A stretch of DNA of 30,372 bases from Octopus sinensis (GCF_006345805.1 NW_021836274.1:1-30372); one strand, 5' to 3'. Positions 1 to 11,720 are shown, counted from the first letter of the stretch. Notes: a model not told the origin generated them from the letters alone. A program made the numbers and translations.

Positions 1-151
1 AAATCTGAATTTCAGCTGCAAGGAAGCCTGTATTATACTCCGCTGCATTCGATTACTATCAGGTCTGTTAGCCGAGTCCCTTAGAGGAGCTTACATGATA
101 TCCACACAAATCTATGTATTCATTTATTACACTCAAATATATATACCTAGA

Positions 152-756
152 TACGTGGTCTCATCAATGAGTATCCGGACTGTTGCCATAGTAAAGAAGC
201 TAAAGCACCCATAGTAAAGCCGCTTGACAGAAATTGACCTCGAACCCTGCTGTACATGCGCATTTAGTTATAACGTTCTAGGTCACACTCTGCTGCTTAC
301 AGCAATGCTTACAATGAAGGTGTGTAACGTGTGATCGTCGCATTGACAATGACAGAGAAAATTGAGCAGAGAGTCTGTATCAAACCTGCTGGTTCCGGGT
401 CTCTCAGAACGTTCGTCACTATCGACATTTTTTCGACCATCTTCGAAACGTCTGAACCACTCGTACACTTGTGTGTGGCTCATAAATTCCTCTGCACACA
501 GCTTCTACAACTTTGCGTAGGCCTCTGAGCAGGTATCGCCATGGCAGTCTTCTCTGTCATGGTAAATGCAAAGATCACACGTTAGACACCTTCCTTCTAA
601 GCACTGCTGTTAACCGCAGAAGTGAGCTACATCGTTGAAACTTAATGCGCATGCACAACATCGTTCAAGGTCAATCTGTGAAAAGCATCATTACTCTGCG
701 TGCTTTAGCTTCGTAACTATGGCAACAGTCCGGATACTTATTGATCACACCTCGTA
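152..756. mobile_element. Palindromic non-autonomous mariner derivative (MITE-like) with transposase N-terminal remnants
   Basis: TA at both ends. Left end TACGTGGTCTCATCAATGAGTATCCGGACTGTTGCCATAGT matches the reverse complement of the right end TACGAGGTGTGATCAATAAGTATCCGGACTGTTGCCATAGT, and inverted similarity runs ~200 bp inward. Plus strand encodes MTEKIEQRVCIK and minus strand MSHTQVYEWFRRFEDGRKNVDSDERSERPGTS, both typical of the mariner transposase N-terminal HTH region. Confidence 0.9.
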
Positions 757-812
757 CATACATACATGCATACATGCATGCATACATACATGCATGCATG
801 CATACATATATA

Positions 813-877
<65 letters not shown>

Positions 878-899
878 ATATATATATATATATACACAC
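757..899. repeat. Compound microsatellite (CATA)n/(CA)n/(TA)n
   Basis: Directly visible simple repeats. Confidence 0.95.
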
Positions 900-2228
900 G
901 TTCATTAGCTATTCCCTGTGCCTTTCTTCTCTGGCGCTGCCAAAATGGAGTGTTATCAATGTTAAAAGCGCGAATCCACTATGATCTTCTGGATATTAAT
1001 TGATGAGGAATCACCTGTGTATTTTCCGTGTACTATGGTTTAGTTAAATTTTCCGTTTGTTATGATCTTGCTAATTTTTTCCGCTTATCGTGCTCTTTTA
1101 TTTAATCTTTGAAATATATATATATATGGGAAGATAAAAATTATATTTTGCAGTAGGAAATTTATACTGGTCCGAGTGATCAACAACTGACTTTGGCACT
1201 CCAAACCCAAGTAGCGTAGTGAGGCGAAATGGCAACAGCTGCAAGATATACCTGACAAAAGTATGGTTCCGAGTCCAGCTTATCATCGATCGACTTAATA
1301 TATTTGATGTTGCGAAACACAATAAATACCAATTCTTTTACATAAGCACCTGGTTTATATAATCAGTTATTCTATATGGTAGATAGCAGTCTTTTTGTTT
1401 TCTTAACAGCATGACCAGAAGAGGTAAGACAACACCCATTAACCCTTTCCGGGTGTGGAGAAATGATGGGAGGCAATTATCTTCAGATTAGAGAAAATCT
1501 ATCTTGATTAAAGGCATCAAGGAACCACTTGGTAGAGTTTAAAGGAGTGGCGGTCTTAATTTGTCACTGAAGTGTCTCCCACAATAGATTCCCATTCAGT
1601 GTTGGAAGACTGGTTAACCTCAGTGGTGGGGGTGAGGTAGAGATAGTAGTAGTAGTAGTAGTAGTAGTTCCTGATGTAGTCGGTGTTATAACTCAACCCT
1701 TATTGAGATTGCCAACGTTCAAAAGCGTTGCAGTCATGAATTTCCTGTCTGTTTAGCTTAAGTGTATTTAGAACTATGAGTCAGTTTCCTTAGTGATTTG
1801 ATTGAAAGTTGGCTGTTATTTCTACCAGGTATAGCAACTATTAGTGCCTCTAATGTGTGAAGCGATTGTATCGAAAAAATAGTTTCTTCTGGAAATGAGA
1901 ATGGATCAAACAAAAGCGAAATATCAGACAGAAAAAAAAAAAGGAACGAAAGAAAAAAAGTTAGATAAACGAAACACTTTGTTGTTATGTGAATAGAGCC
2001 ACCGAAGCAGAAAGTCCGTCCCCAACTGTACATGCTCTAATAGATATAGTGAAATAAAGGTATATTAATTCAAATTCAGAATTCATTTTCTGATTAAATA
2101 AGAATATAGCTGGGCTTTGTTAAACATATACGTTTGTTGATTACCTAAATGATAATGAGTCCGCTGAAATATCAGCAGTCCAGAAACAACACCAAGTTCT
2201 AATAACACGTTTGATCTACATAGTATTG

Positions 2229-3030
2229 TGGAGGCACAACGGCCCAGTGGTTAGGGCAAAAGACGCACAGTCGTAGGATCGCGGTTACGATTCTCGGCGG
2301 GGAGCTGGCAGAAACGTTAGCACGACGGACGAAATACTTAGCGGTATTTCGTCTGCCGTTACGTTCTGAGTTCAAATTCCGCCGAGGTCGACTTTGCCTT
2401 TCATCCTTTCGGGGTCGATAAATTAAGTACCAGTTACGCACTGTAATCGATGTGATCGACTTAATCCGTTTGTCTGCCCTTGTTTGTTCCCTCTGTGTCT
2501 AGCCCCTTGTGGGTAGTAAAGAAATAGGTATTTCGTCTGCCGCTACGTTCTGAGTTCAAATTCCGCCGAGGTCGATTTTGCCGTTCATCCTTTCGGGATC
2601 GATAAATTAAGTACCAGTTACGCACTGTAATCGATGTAATCGACTTAATCCGTTTGTCTGTCCTTGTTTGTCCCGCCTGTGTTTAGCCCCTTGTGGGTAG
2701 TAAAGAAATAGGTTTCGATTCCCAGACCGAGCGTTATGAGTGTTTATTGAGCGAAAACACCTAAAGTTCCACGAGGCTCTGGCAGGGGTGGTGGCGAACC
2801 TTCTGTACTCTTTCACCACAACTTTCTCTCACTCTTTTTTTCTGTTGAACCTGTATTTCAAAGGGCCAGCCTTGTCACGTTCTGTGTCACGCTGAATCTC
2901 CCTGTGAACTAGATTAAGAGTACGCATATCTGTGGGGTGCTCAGCCACTTGCACGTTAATTTCACGAGCAGGTTGTTCCGTTGATCGGATCAACTGAAAC
3001 ACGCGTCGTCGCAACCGACGGAGTGCCACG
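2229..3030 (+). mobile_element. tRNA-derived SINE, family C, interrupted in its B box by a family B SINE dimer
   Basis: Head GGAGGCACAACGGCCCAGTGGTTAGGGC (A box) and GGTTTCGATTCCC (B box) are homologous to the uninterrupted copy at 5589. The body resumes at 2711. Confidence 0.85.
2296..2710 (+). mobile_element. tRNA-derived SINE, family B, partial tandem dimer with 13-bp target-site duplication
   Basis: GGCGGGGAGCTGGCAGAAACGTTAGCAC head, GAGTTCAAATTCC B box and central GGTCGACTTTGCCTTTCATCCTTTCGGGGTCGATAAATTAAGTACCAG. Second unit starts at 2528. Flanked by GGTTACGATTCTC (2283-2295) and GGTTTCGATTCCC (2711-2723). Confidence 0.9.
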
Positions 3031-3124
3031 ACATAGTATTATCTGGTTTTTATTTATTCATTTATTTTCATTAGCTTCACTTAGAATACGAATAAAAATG
3101 ATAAAAGATATAAGCTTATAGAAT

Positions 3125-3359
3125 GTGGCCATGCTGGGGCACCGCCTTGAAGAATGTTAATTGAATTAAATGATCCTAGTATTTATTTATCGTTTAAGCA
3201 TGCTACTTATTCTATGAGTTTCTTTTGCCGAACCGCTAAGTTACGGGGACGTAAACACACTAACACCAGTTGTCAAGCGATGGCGGAGGACAGACGCAAC
3301 ACAGTTGCACATACATTGACATATACATATATACATACATATATGCATACATGTGTGAG

Positions 3360-3393
<34 letters not shown>

Positions 3394-3778
3394 CATACAT
3401 GTCCATGTGTGTGTAACTTCGCATCGTGTTATATATATTATATATATATATATATTATATATATATAATATATATACATGTCTATGTGTGTGTAACTTTG
3501 TATCGTGGTGTGTGTGTGTATATATATATATATAGCTTTCCTTAAAATTTAGTTCTTATGCTTTCTTAAAACTTGATTTCGAAACGTACGTCGGGGATAA
3601 CTAAAAAAATGTATGATGATTGCCAGTCAATTCATTCTCTCTTACCTGTTTGTGTCTGCCTTCCAATGCTGTTTTACTGAGATCTCCCTTTTTAGTAGAA
3701 GAAAAGCTATAACCCTTTGACTGCTATTTCTAAATTCGGTATGTGGTAAGGCAACTCGTTGCTAACCCTTATTGCTTA

Positions 3779-3821
<43 letters not shown>

Positions 3822-3983
3822 ACGGGCTTTCATTTTCCGTCAACCAAATCGATTCACAAGGCTTTGGTCGGCCCTAAGCCATAGTGGAAGAGACTTGCCC
3901 AAGCGACCGTGCAGTGGTACTGAACCCGGAACCAGGTGGTTGAGCAGCAAGCGTCATTACGATGCAGCCACGCCTGCGCCTAT
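3125..3983 (-). mobile_element. tRNA-derived CORE-type SINE, family A (diverged), with an insertion inside its internal microsatellite
   Basis: Head at 3821-3983 and tail at 3125-3300 are reverse complements of the family A copies at 17950 and 20068. They are separated by (TA)n/(TG)n plus a foreign ~250-bp segment. Confidence 0.8.
3533..3780 (+). mobile_element. Truncated (TA)n-embedded element with the 3' half of a hammerhead motif
   Basis: GAAACGTACGTC at 3581-3592 (GAAA, palindromic stem III, GUC). The reverse complement of 3695-3775 (AAGGGTTAGCAACGAGTTGCCTTACCACATACCGAATTTAGAAATAGCAGTCAAA) aligns with 20500-20563. (TA)n on both sides. Confidence 0.65.
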
Positions 3984-4338
3984 GTGATGTAAGAAGTTAT
4001 ATGAATTAATTTCTATAGACGCAAATATACCAACAGACAAATATTTGTGTTGGGTTAGTGCAGCGTATCTCAAATTTTTGAAACCCAGCACCCATCCTCA
4101 CTGACTGGTATTTAACACACGACCTCTTCCCACGTTTTGTAATGAAAGAATATATATATATTAAAAAAAAATGCTGTGTAATATTTTAATCAAGCAGAAA
4201 TTAATTTTACACAATTGTTTTTCATCCATATTTTCTCATGCTAACCCGTTCTGCATGGACCGCTTGCTTTAGGTATTTGTATACAGCAATGTCCCCACAA
4301 AGATTTTCATTGAAACTACTTTAAGGCAACGACTTATA

Positions 4339-4845
4339 TACCGTAAATCTTCGAGTATAGTCCGCCTTTGAGTATAATACGCAGGGCATTTTTAGGGGGC
4401 TGTACCTCTGAAAGACCTAAACCTTGTGTATAATACGCGCCACTTCTTTAACTTTAGTCGTGTGTAATTAATCAGCAGCACCTAGTCGAACAAACACTTT
4501 CGCGCTTGCGTAATACAATAATGGTGAGGTTCTTAACTTTTATATGGGAATGTAAATATGTTTGCAAATTGATTTTGTTACATGTTATTCTGTGTTCTGA
4601 ATACTTTTATTTTAATAAATGTTGCTTACTGCAAGTTATGGATGATTCTTTTATGACTTCATTGCTTTCAGGCTTAGCTTAAGGTATTTTCGCGCTCGAC
4701 ATCACAAAATGCGTCTGAATAAACATAGTGACTCGGATATTGCTTAGAAAGTATTTTTCATTTTAAACTCGTTTATAGTACGCACAGGGATTTTGACCTT
4801 TAAATTTTGGGAAACAAGGCAGATTATACTCGAGGATTTACGGTA
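4339..4845. mobile_element. Tc1/mariner superfamily (pogo/Tigger-like) MITE
   Basis: TA flanks. 22-bp TIR CCGTAAATCTTCGAGTATAGTC vs CCGTAAATCCTCGAGTATAATC (2 mismatches). Subterminal TATAATACGC-like repeats. No coding capacity. Confidence 0.85.
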
Positions 4846-4859
4846 AGCTTTTTACGATA

Positions 4860-5466
4860 GGCACAAAGCCTGAAATTTGGTGTGAAGTGGTTAATTGTTC
4901 ATATCGAATCGAAACCTTTGCTCAACTGGTACTTATTTTATCGACCCCGAATGGAGGAAAGCCAAAGGCGACCCCGGGAAAGTTTTTAACTCAGAACGCA
5001 AAGGCGGATGAAATGTCGCCAAGCACTCTGTACGACGCGCTAAAGATTCTTATTTCGTTATTGCCCACAAGGAGCCAAACATAGAGGGGACAAATAAGGG
5101 CAGACAAAGGGATTAAGTCGATTATATCGACCCCAGTGCATAACTGGTACTTATTTAATCGACTCCGAAAGGATGAAAGGCAAAGTCGACCTCGGCGGAA
5201 TTTGAACTCAGAACGTAAAGACAGACGAAATACGTATTTCTTTACTACCCACAAGGGGCCAAACATAGAGGGGACAAACAAGGGCAGACAAACGGATTAA
5301 GTCGATTATATCGACCCCAGTGCGTAACTGGTACTTATTTAATCGACCCCGAAAGGATGAAATGCAAAATCGACCTCGGCGGAATTTGAACTCAGAACGT
5401 AACGGCAGACGAAATACAGCTACGCATTTTGCCCGGGGTGCTAACGATTCTGCCAGCTTGCTGCCT
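4860..5466 (-). mobile_element. Cluster of family B SINEs (degenerate copy plus partial tandem dimer at ~5050-5466)
   Basis: Repeated reverse-complement core CCCCGAAAGGATGAAAGGCAAAGTCGACCTCGGCGGAATTTGAACTCAGAACG. Head ends at ~5466. Confidence 0.88.
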
Positions 5467-5588
5467 CAAAAACTTCTACAATAAAATAATATTGGACCTT
5501 AGTGCACCATCACCGATGTGCTTGTTTATTAATAATAAAAGGTCCAACTTGCACACTCAGAAAATTTCTTTATAGCACACTCATGAAA

Positions 5589-5893
5589 GTGGAGGCGCAA
5601 TGGCCCAGTGGTTAGGGCAGAGGACTCGCGGTCGGAGGATCGCGGTTTCGATTCACAGACCGGGCGTTGTGTGTGTCTATTGAGCGAAAACACCTGAAGC
5701 TCCACGAGGCTCCGGCAGGGGTTGGTGTCGACCTCTGTTATACTCTTTCGCCCCAACTTTCTCTCACTTTCTTCCTATTTCATGAGTAACACTGCGATGG
5801 ACTGGCGTCCTGTCCAGCCGGGGGGAAGACATACGCCACAGAAATCGAGAAGCCGGGCCCATGAGCCTGGCTAGGCTTGAAAAGGGCGCATAA
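5589..5893 (+). mobile_element. tRNA-derived SINE, family C
   Basis: GGAGGCGCAATGGCCCAGTGGTTAGGGC A box and GGTTTCGATTC B box. Body homologous to 2711-2832 but with a different 3' tail. Confidence 0.85.
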
Positions 5894-6049
5894 ATCACCC
5901 TCCATCGTCACTTATCACCGCAGCTTCCAGGACGATGATCAATTATAAATAAAGTGAGCTTGCAATTTCTCAAGTTTGAATTCCAGCCAAGCCTCAAGTT
6001 TTGATGTAATCGCAGAGGCGCCGATGGCGCGATTTCTTCCGACGAGCGC

Positions 6050-6094
6050 GAGGAGAGAGGAGAAGAGAGAGAGAGAAGAGCGAGAGAGAGAGAG

Positions 6095-6154
<60 letters not shown>

Positions 6155-6167
6155 GAGAGAGAGAGAG
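6050..6167. repeat. (GA)n microsatellite
   Basis: Directly visible. Confidence 0.95.
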
Positions 6168-6289
6168 GTAGGTGGGTGGGGAAGTGGACCTCAGTAAAGG
6201 ACTGATGTTACTTGATGTGCTTATTGATTATCCCCCAAAAGGATGAAAAGGAAAGAGGACCCAAATAACCTTTGAATCCAGTACTGGTA

Positions 6290-6852
6290 CTGCTTCGACC
6301 CCGAAAGGATAAAAAGCAAAGCCGACCTCGGTGGGATTTTGAGTTAGAACCTAAAGTTGGATGAAATGCCGCTAAGCATTTTACCCAGTGTGCCGCTAAG
6401 CATTTTACCCAGTGTGCAACTAAGCATTTTACCCAGTGTGCCGCTAAGCATTTTACACAGTGTGCCGCTAAGCATTTTACCCAGTGTGCCGCTAAGCATT
6501 TTGCCCAGTGTGCCGCTAAGCATTTTACCTGGTGTGCCGCTAAGCATTTTACCTGGTGTACCGCTAAGCATTTTACCTGGTGTGCTGCTAAGCATTTTAC
6601 CTGGTGTACCGCTAAGCATTTTACTTGGTGTACCGCTAAGCATTTTACCCAGTGTGTCGCTAAGCATTTTACCTGGTGTTCCGCTAAGCATTTTACTCAG
6701 TGTGCCGCTAAGCATTTTACCCAGTGTGCCGCTAAGCATTTTACCTGGTGTGCCGCTAAGCATTTTACCCGGTGTGCCGCTAAGCATTTTACCTGGTGTG
6801 CCCGCTAAGCATTTTACCCGGAGTATTAACGATGCATCAAGCTTGCCGCCTT
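6290..6852 (-). mobile_element. Family B SINE whose tRNA-like head contains a minisatellite expansion
   Basis: Core CGACCCCGAAAGGATAAAAAGCAAAGCCGACCTCGGTGG at ~6296-6336 and head end GCTTGCCGCC at 6841-6850 bracket the tandem array. Confidence 0.8.
6367..6821. repeat. 24-bp minisatellite, ~19 copies (GCCGCTAAGCATTTTACCCAGTGT)
   Basis: Directly visible. It produces the repetitive ORFs PLSILPSV and MLSGTPGK. Confidence 0.95.
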
Positions 6853-7369
6853 AATCTTTGTTATATGGATATTGACAGAAAGATATAAAACGGAACTTCT
6901 ATCCACAAGATTATATCGCTTTTATAACACAGTGGTGTACTGAACTAAGAAGAAATAAGACAAACTTCTAAGTTGGTTCCATGCCTTTGCCGTAACTGTG
7001 TAACCAATGTGATTTTCGAATATATTCCTGTATCGAAATAAACAAAAAAACAACAACCCTAAAACAATTCCCAAAACAACAGAATATCCATCATTAGTAT
7101 TTCATTGGATTTGCTGGGGAATCAACAGATTTCTTTCAACGGAATCTCAGGTACGGCTCCCTATTTACTTCTGTAATGAATGTGATGGATTTTGGAGGAA
7201 ACCTAGATTATCTGGGCAAATAGAATTCACAAACGATGAGATTGAGAAATACACGATATAATGAAAGCTTGACAGAATAATAATAAAACAAAAAAAAAAT
7301 ATACATAACACACAGCAGAAAAAAAAAACTAATAGAGCTACCACACCCCCATTCACGCCTCACACCTCA

Positions 7370-7838
7370 CACCTCACATACAAACACATACAGAGATACA
7401 CATACATTTACACACACACGCATACATTTACACACAAACATATACAGAGATACATATACATTTACACACACACACACAAACATATATATGCATATACGCG
7501 GGTAAACATGCATATATATATATATATACACATATATACATATATATTTATTTATATATATGTATATGCATATATACATATATATTTATTTATATATATA
7601 TATAATATATATATGCATAAATGTACATACAATATATATATATATATATATTTATATGTACTATATATATATAGATATATAAATGTAGGTATTATACTTA
7701 TACATGTATATGTATGTGTGTGTATATAAAGAGGATGAAAGAGAGATAAAAGATATGTATGTATATAGATACACTATTTTGCATTTCTGCATCTTCGTTA
7801 TACACACACGCATACACGCACGCACACACACACACACA

Positions 7839-7893
<55 letters not shown>

Positions 7894-7900
7894 CACATAT
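7370..7900. repeat. Degenerate compound (CA)n/(TA)n microsatellite field
   Basis: Directly visible. Confidence 0.9.
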
Positions 7901-8353
7901 ATGTACAACAAAATGAATTGAGGGTAGCTCGTGGTAGAAATACGAAGCAAAAAACATCAAGAAATTGGAGAGAAACAAAGCAAGGAAATACAACTCCTTG
8001 GTAACTAACGTTGCTGGTTTATCAGTGGATACAGTGTACGAATTTCAACGATAATGAAACATATATACATAAAGCAGATTAGAAATATATACAAAAATGA
8101 AAACAAAACCATTTCATAGAACCGCCTCCCTTCTAAATAATGGAGGATTAACGGAAATGGAATGACGAATAATATAGGCTTAATTTTGATGTATGTACTC
8201 AGAGTGATTATAGACGGTTGCATAATGGATACTATGAGCTGAAAACAAGTTTACGTTTTTGATTTGTGTTATGAAAGATGTATGACAACTGTTTTTTGTC
8301 AGATATTTTTGTTTAGGTGATGGCTTGCATCTAGATATAATATTCAAATAATA

Positions 8354-8355
<2 letters not shown>

Positions 8356-8419
<64 letters not shown>

Positions 8420-8435
8420 CATTATTATTATTATT
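8356..8435. repeat. (ATT)n microsatellite
   Basis: Directly visible. Confidence 0.95.
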
Positions 8436-8640
8436 GGGCGAAACGCTTAGCGGTATTTCACATGGCGTTAAGTTCTGAGTTCGAATTCCGCTGAGGTCGA
8501 CTTTTCCTTTCATCCTTTCGGGGTCGATAAATTAAGTACCAGTTGCGTACTGGGGTAGATCTAGTCCCGGGGTGGATTTCTTCAACTAAAGACGGTGCCC
8601 AAGCTTGGCCACAGTCAAGTGACTGAAACGATTAAAAGAT
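8436..8640 (+). mobile_element. 5'-truncated family B SINE carrying a family A-type tail
   Basis: Family B core at 8436-8555 followed by GACGGTGCCCAAGCTTGGCCACAGTCAAGTGACTGAAAC, the tail seen on family A copies. Confidence 0.75.
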
Positions 8641-8873
8641 TAAGAGAATAAAAGAATATACACATATGAATATATCTATTAATATATAAATAAGATTTGC
8701 CCATATATATGTATAAACATACACGCACACACACACACACACACACACACGCATACAAATATATATATATATATATATATTTATAATAAGATTAGCTCGT
8801 ATACGAGTGAGTATATATTTGTAAAAACTGAAGTTTGAGAATGCTGCTATATTAGACAAATTTTAATTTATTT

Positions 8874-8925
8874 TAATTTAACATGTTTCGGTTCTTGAAA
8901 TGACGAACCTTATCAAAAAAAATTA
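8874..8925 (-). ncRNA. Putative minimal type I hammerhead ribozyme (U3-A8 variant) at the 3' end of PLE copy 1
   Basis: Minus strand reads UUUUUU-UUGAUAA-GGUUC(gucauuucaa)GAACC-GAAA-CAUG-UU-AAA: perfect 5-bp stem II, palindromic AACAUGUU stem III, GUU site, weak A-U stem I. Confidence 0.6.
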
Positions 8926-8935
8926 TATATAATAA

Positions 8936-9295
8936 AGAGAGTCCATGCTATATGCTTAAAGAGTATGATGTAATAGTTCATAATTGTGACATATATTCAA
9001 TAGAGTCAAATATAAAAAATTCATATATAATATTCAATAGAGTCAAATATAAAAAATTCATATATAATATAGAGAGTCCATGCTATATACTTAAAGAGTA
9101 TGATGTAATAGTTCATAATTGTGACATATATTCAATAGAGTCAAATATAAAAAATTCATATATAATATTCAATAGAGTCAAATATAAAAAATTCATATAT
9201 AATATAGAGAGTCCATGCTATATGTTTAAAGAGTATGATGTAACAGTTCATAATTGTGACATACATTCAATAGAGTCAAATATAAAAAATTCATG
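8936..9295. repeat. 135-bp tandem repeat (~2.7 copies) inside the PLE 3' region
   Basis: AGAGAGTCCATGCTATA recurs at ~8936, 9071 and 9206, with an internal ~36-bp sub-repeat. About one unit fewer in copy 2. Confidence 0.9.
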
Positions 9296-10038
9296 TTCTT
9301 GAAAAGGCGAGGAGTTCATTTTAGTTTTTACCTTGTGTTCCAATGGGAGCAACAGTAATGATTTTTTGTCGGTGTCTGCTCGCATAATTTTGGTGAATTT
9401 TGTGATTTTTTGTATTTATCTCAGCTCAGCTAAGCTGTGGTCACTTGCACTTTTCACTGACGTCATATAGTTCCAAACCAATCAAAACCAGTCTCAACGA
9501 ATATAGTGAAAAGACTCCTAACTGTATCCTGTTAGGAAACCTACCAAGCGGAACGATAGTTTGGCCACGGAAGAAATACGTCATCATTTTTTTGACGAAT
9601 CGACATTAGATCTGACCCATGACTGTATCCTGTTAGGTGGCTAGTCCAGCAGAACGAGACGTCATCAATGTTTTGACCAATCAGAATCGGGTCTGACCCA
9701 TAGCTGTATCGTGTGGGGAAACCGACCAAGCAGGGTGACAATAGCTTGACCACTGAGGTAATACGTCATCAGTTTTTTGACGAATCAGAATTAGATCTGC
9801 TCGTAGAGAAAGAGATCTTTTTATAAATTTTTCCTTCCCTAAGACATATCACTGTCAGCGTGAGTGACTGTTTAAGGATCTGAGAAATTGTAATTCGCCC
9901 CACCTCCATTATTATAATTCTCTCACTGTGGCCGTAGCAACAGTGACCACGGTAGTTGTAGTAGTAGTGCGAGTTGGAGCAGTCGTAGCGGTTGTGGTAG
10001 AATTCCGTTTCTTTTTTTCGGAGGACCAACGTTTTGTT

Positions 10039-10705
10039 TTAATATTCCTGGCCCAGGGTGTTCAAACTTGGTCTAAATTTTTTGATGAAATAAAGTTCTT
10101 TATTTTGGCGTTGCGTGAACGTTACGCTGTCACTGAATTTATAAAGTGGGTAAGTTGTAAATTTCGGATTTACATTTGCAGCACATCTATCTATGTGTCC
10201 GCTGACCGGTATTTTCCGGTATTCAGGGTTTCTAATTTGTGATTTATGCACCGCCATCCTGTTACGTAAGCTATTTTTTGTATGGCCTATATACTGCCTA
10301 TTGCAGCCTGCGCATGTTAAGACGTAAATTAAATTTTCTGATGCGCAGGTGAAGTTTGCTCTAATGGTGAACTGATGGCCTTGTTCTAGTATAAATTCTG
10401 AACCTTCTACCAGATGACACAGATTTCGCAGTTGGGCCTTCCACATTTTCTAACTGCTGGTTTTGTGTTGATGTTGAGTGCAGTTTAGCTTGGGTTAAAA
10501 TCCTTTTCAAGGATTTTGGTTGCCGTTTACTTTTAATGATGTGTGTGTTTCGAGGATCCGGTTCATCTTTGGGTCTCCCTTTAGCAGGGCTGTGCTTTGT
10601 AGTATGGTGCTGAAGGCCTCATTGTTGAGTGGGTTGCGTGTAGAGATGTAAGGAAGGGTTTTTAATTGTTCTTTCTTTTTTGGTTTTGTTTGTCTCAGGT
10701 CTTCT
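10039..10705 (-). pseudogene. C-terminal part of the PLE ORF: RT-EN linker, Cys motif and GIY-YIG endonuclease (frameshifted)
   Basis: NLIYVLTCAGCNRQYIGHTKNSLRNRMAVHKSQI...VSGH...KELYFIKKFRPSLN is a PLE GIY-YIG domain with CxxC and His residues. Upstream in other frames: KCGRPNCEIC, KSKRQPKSLKRIL and LPYISTRNP. The extra Cys cluster is characteristic of Neptune-group PLEs. No RT domain in the window. Confidence 0.9.
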
Positions 10706-10713
10706 ATATATAT

Positions 10714-10759
<46 letters not shown>

Positions 10760-11019
10760 ATATACACATATACACATATATAAAAATATATCGCCAATAC
10801 TTTTCTCTGCAAATAGGGTAGCTTATACTGTTCAAGCTATATTATTAGCATTTTCCTGCGTTTGAGAATTTAAAATCACTTCTTCAACTTTCTAAGACAT
10901 CTCAACGCTTCTAAAAGCAAACGTCGTTTGTTTGTTTACATTCATGTATATATACTATTTCTTTATCTACATAATATCAAGGTCTCATTCATTCTTTTGG
11001 TGTCTTACTATTACTATTA

Positions 11020-11259
<240 letters not shown>

Positions 11260-11348
11260 ATTATTTGAAGGAATATTATTCCTAACTTACAGAGAAAAAT
11301 TCAATTTAGAAATACTAAATCAAATTTCACAAAATATAATATATATAT

Positions 11349-11542
11349 ATAAATTAGGCAAAAATCACCTTTTATCATTTCAAAATGAACAATTAAATCT
11401 CACCATCCAGAAACTTTTTTATTATTATATTGCAATTTACTTAATCATCGGTATATTATTGTTATTTTAATTTTAATATTTCTATTATATGTAATTTTCT
11501 AGATGGTGTTCATTTGGAATTGATAAGAGGTGTTGTTTTCTA

Positions 11543-11550
<8 letters not shown>
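11349..11550. mobile_element. ~200-bp inverted-repeat (MITE-like) module within array unit 1 (repeated in units 2 and 3)
   Basis: ATAAATTAGGCAAAAATCACCTTTTATCATTTCAAAATGAACA vs reverse complement of the right end ATAAATTAGAAAACAACACCTCTTATCAATTCCAAATGAACA. CCATCCAGAAA / TTTCTAGATGG also pair. (TA)n flanks. Confidence 0.7.
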
Positions 11551-11615
<65 letters not shown>

Positions 11616-11720
11616 AATTCAGGGTGAGTACTTGATAATTGTAAGCACCTGTATATACCGTTTGGTGGTGTAGGTGGTGGAGTAAATTAATCAAAATAAA
11701 AACATGATGCCAAGGATTCA

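Larger units (their letters stand above)
8817..10705 (-). mobile_element. Penelope-like retroelement (Neptune type), 5'-truncated copy 1
   Basis: Frameshifted linker, Zn-binding and GIY-YIG endonuclease coding at 10039-10705, then ~1.2 kb of 3' non-coding sequence nearly identical to 23760-24891. Ends in a hammerhead-like motif. TA-rich repeats on both sides. Confidence 0.9.

Noticed and set aside
16-61. Possible 46-nt micro-exon (TTTCAG|...TATCAG|GTCTGT)
   Set aside because: Weak donor, window edge, no identifiable peptide.
2150-2200. Degenerate hammerhead around GCTGAAATATCAGC...TCCAGAAAC
   Set aside because: No intact CUGANGA core and no stem I or III pairing.
4060-4275. hAT MITE starting CAGCGTATCTCAAA
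   Set aside because: Only a left TIR-like end is visible; no matching right TIR or TSD.
5589-5665. Functional tRNA gene
   Set aside because: A and B boxes are present but run directly into a repeated SINE body with no proper acceptor stem or terminator. It is a SINE head.
6344-6854. Repetitive 147-aa and 165-aa ORFs
   Set aside because: Translations of a 24-bp SINE-derived minisatellite, with no splice or domain evidence.
7095-7260. Short open frames in unique sequence
   Set aside because: No recognisable homology or convincing splice pair.
8952-9302. 116-aa ORF with a 45-aa repeat
   Set aside because: Antisense translation of the 135-bp tandem repeat in the PLE 3' region.
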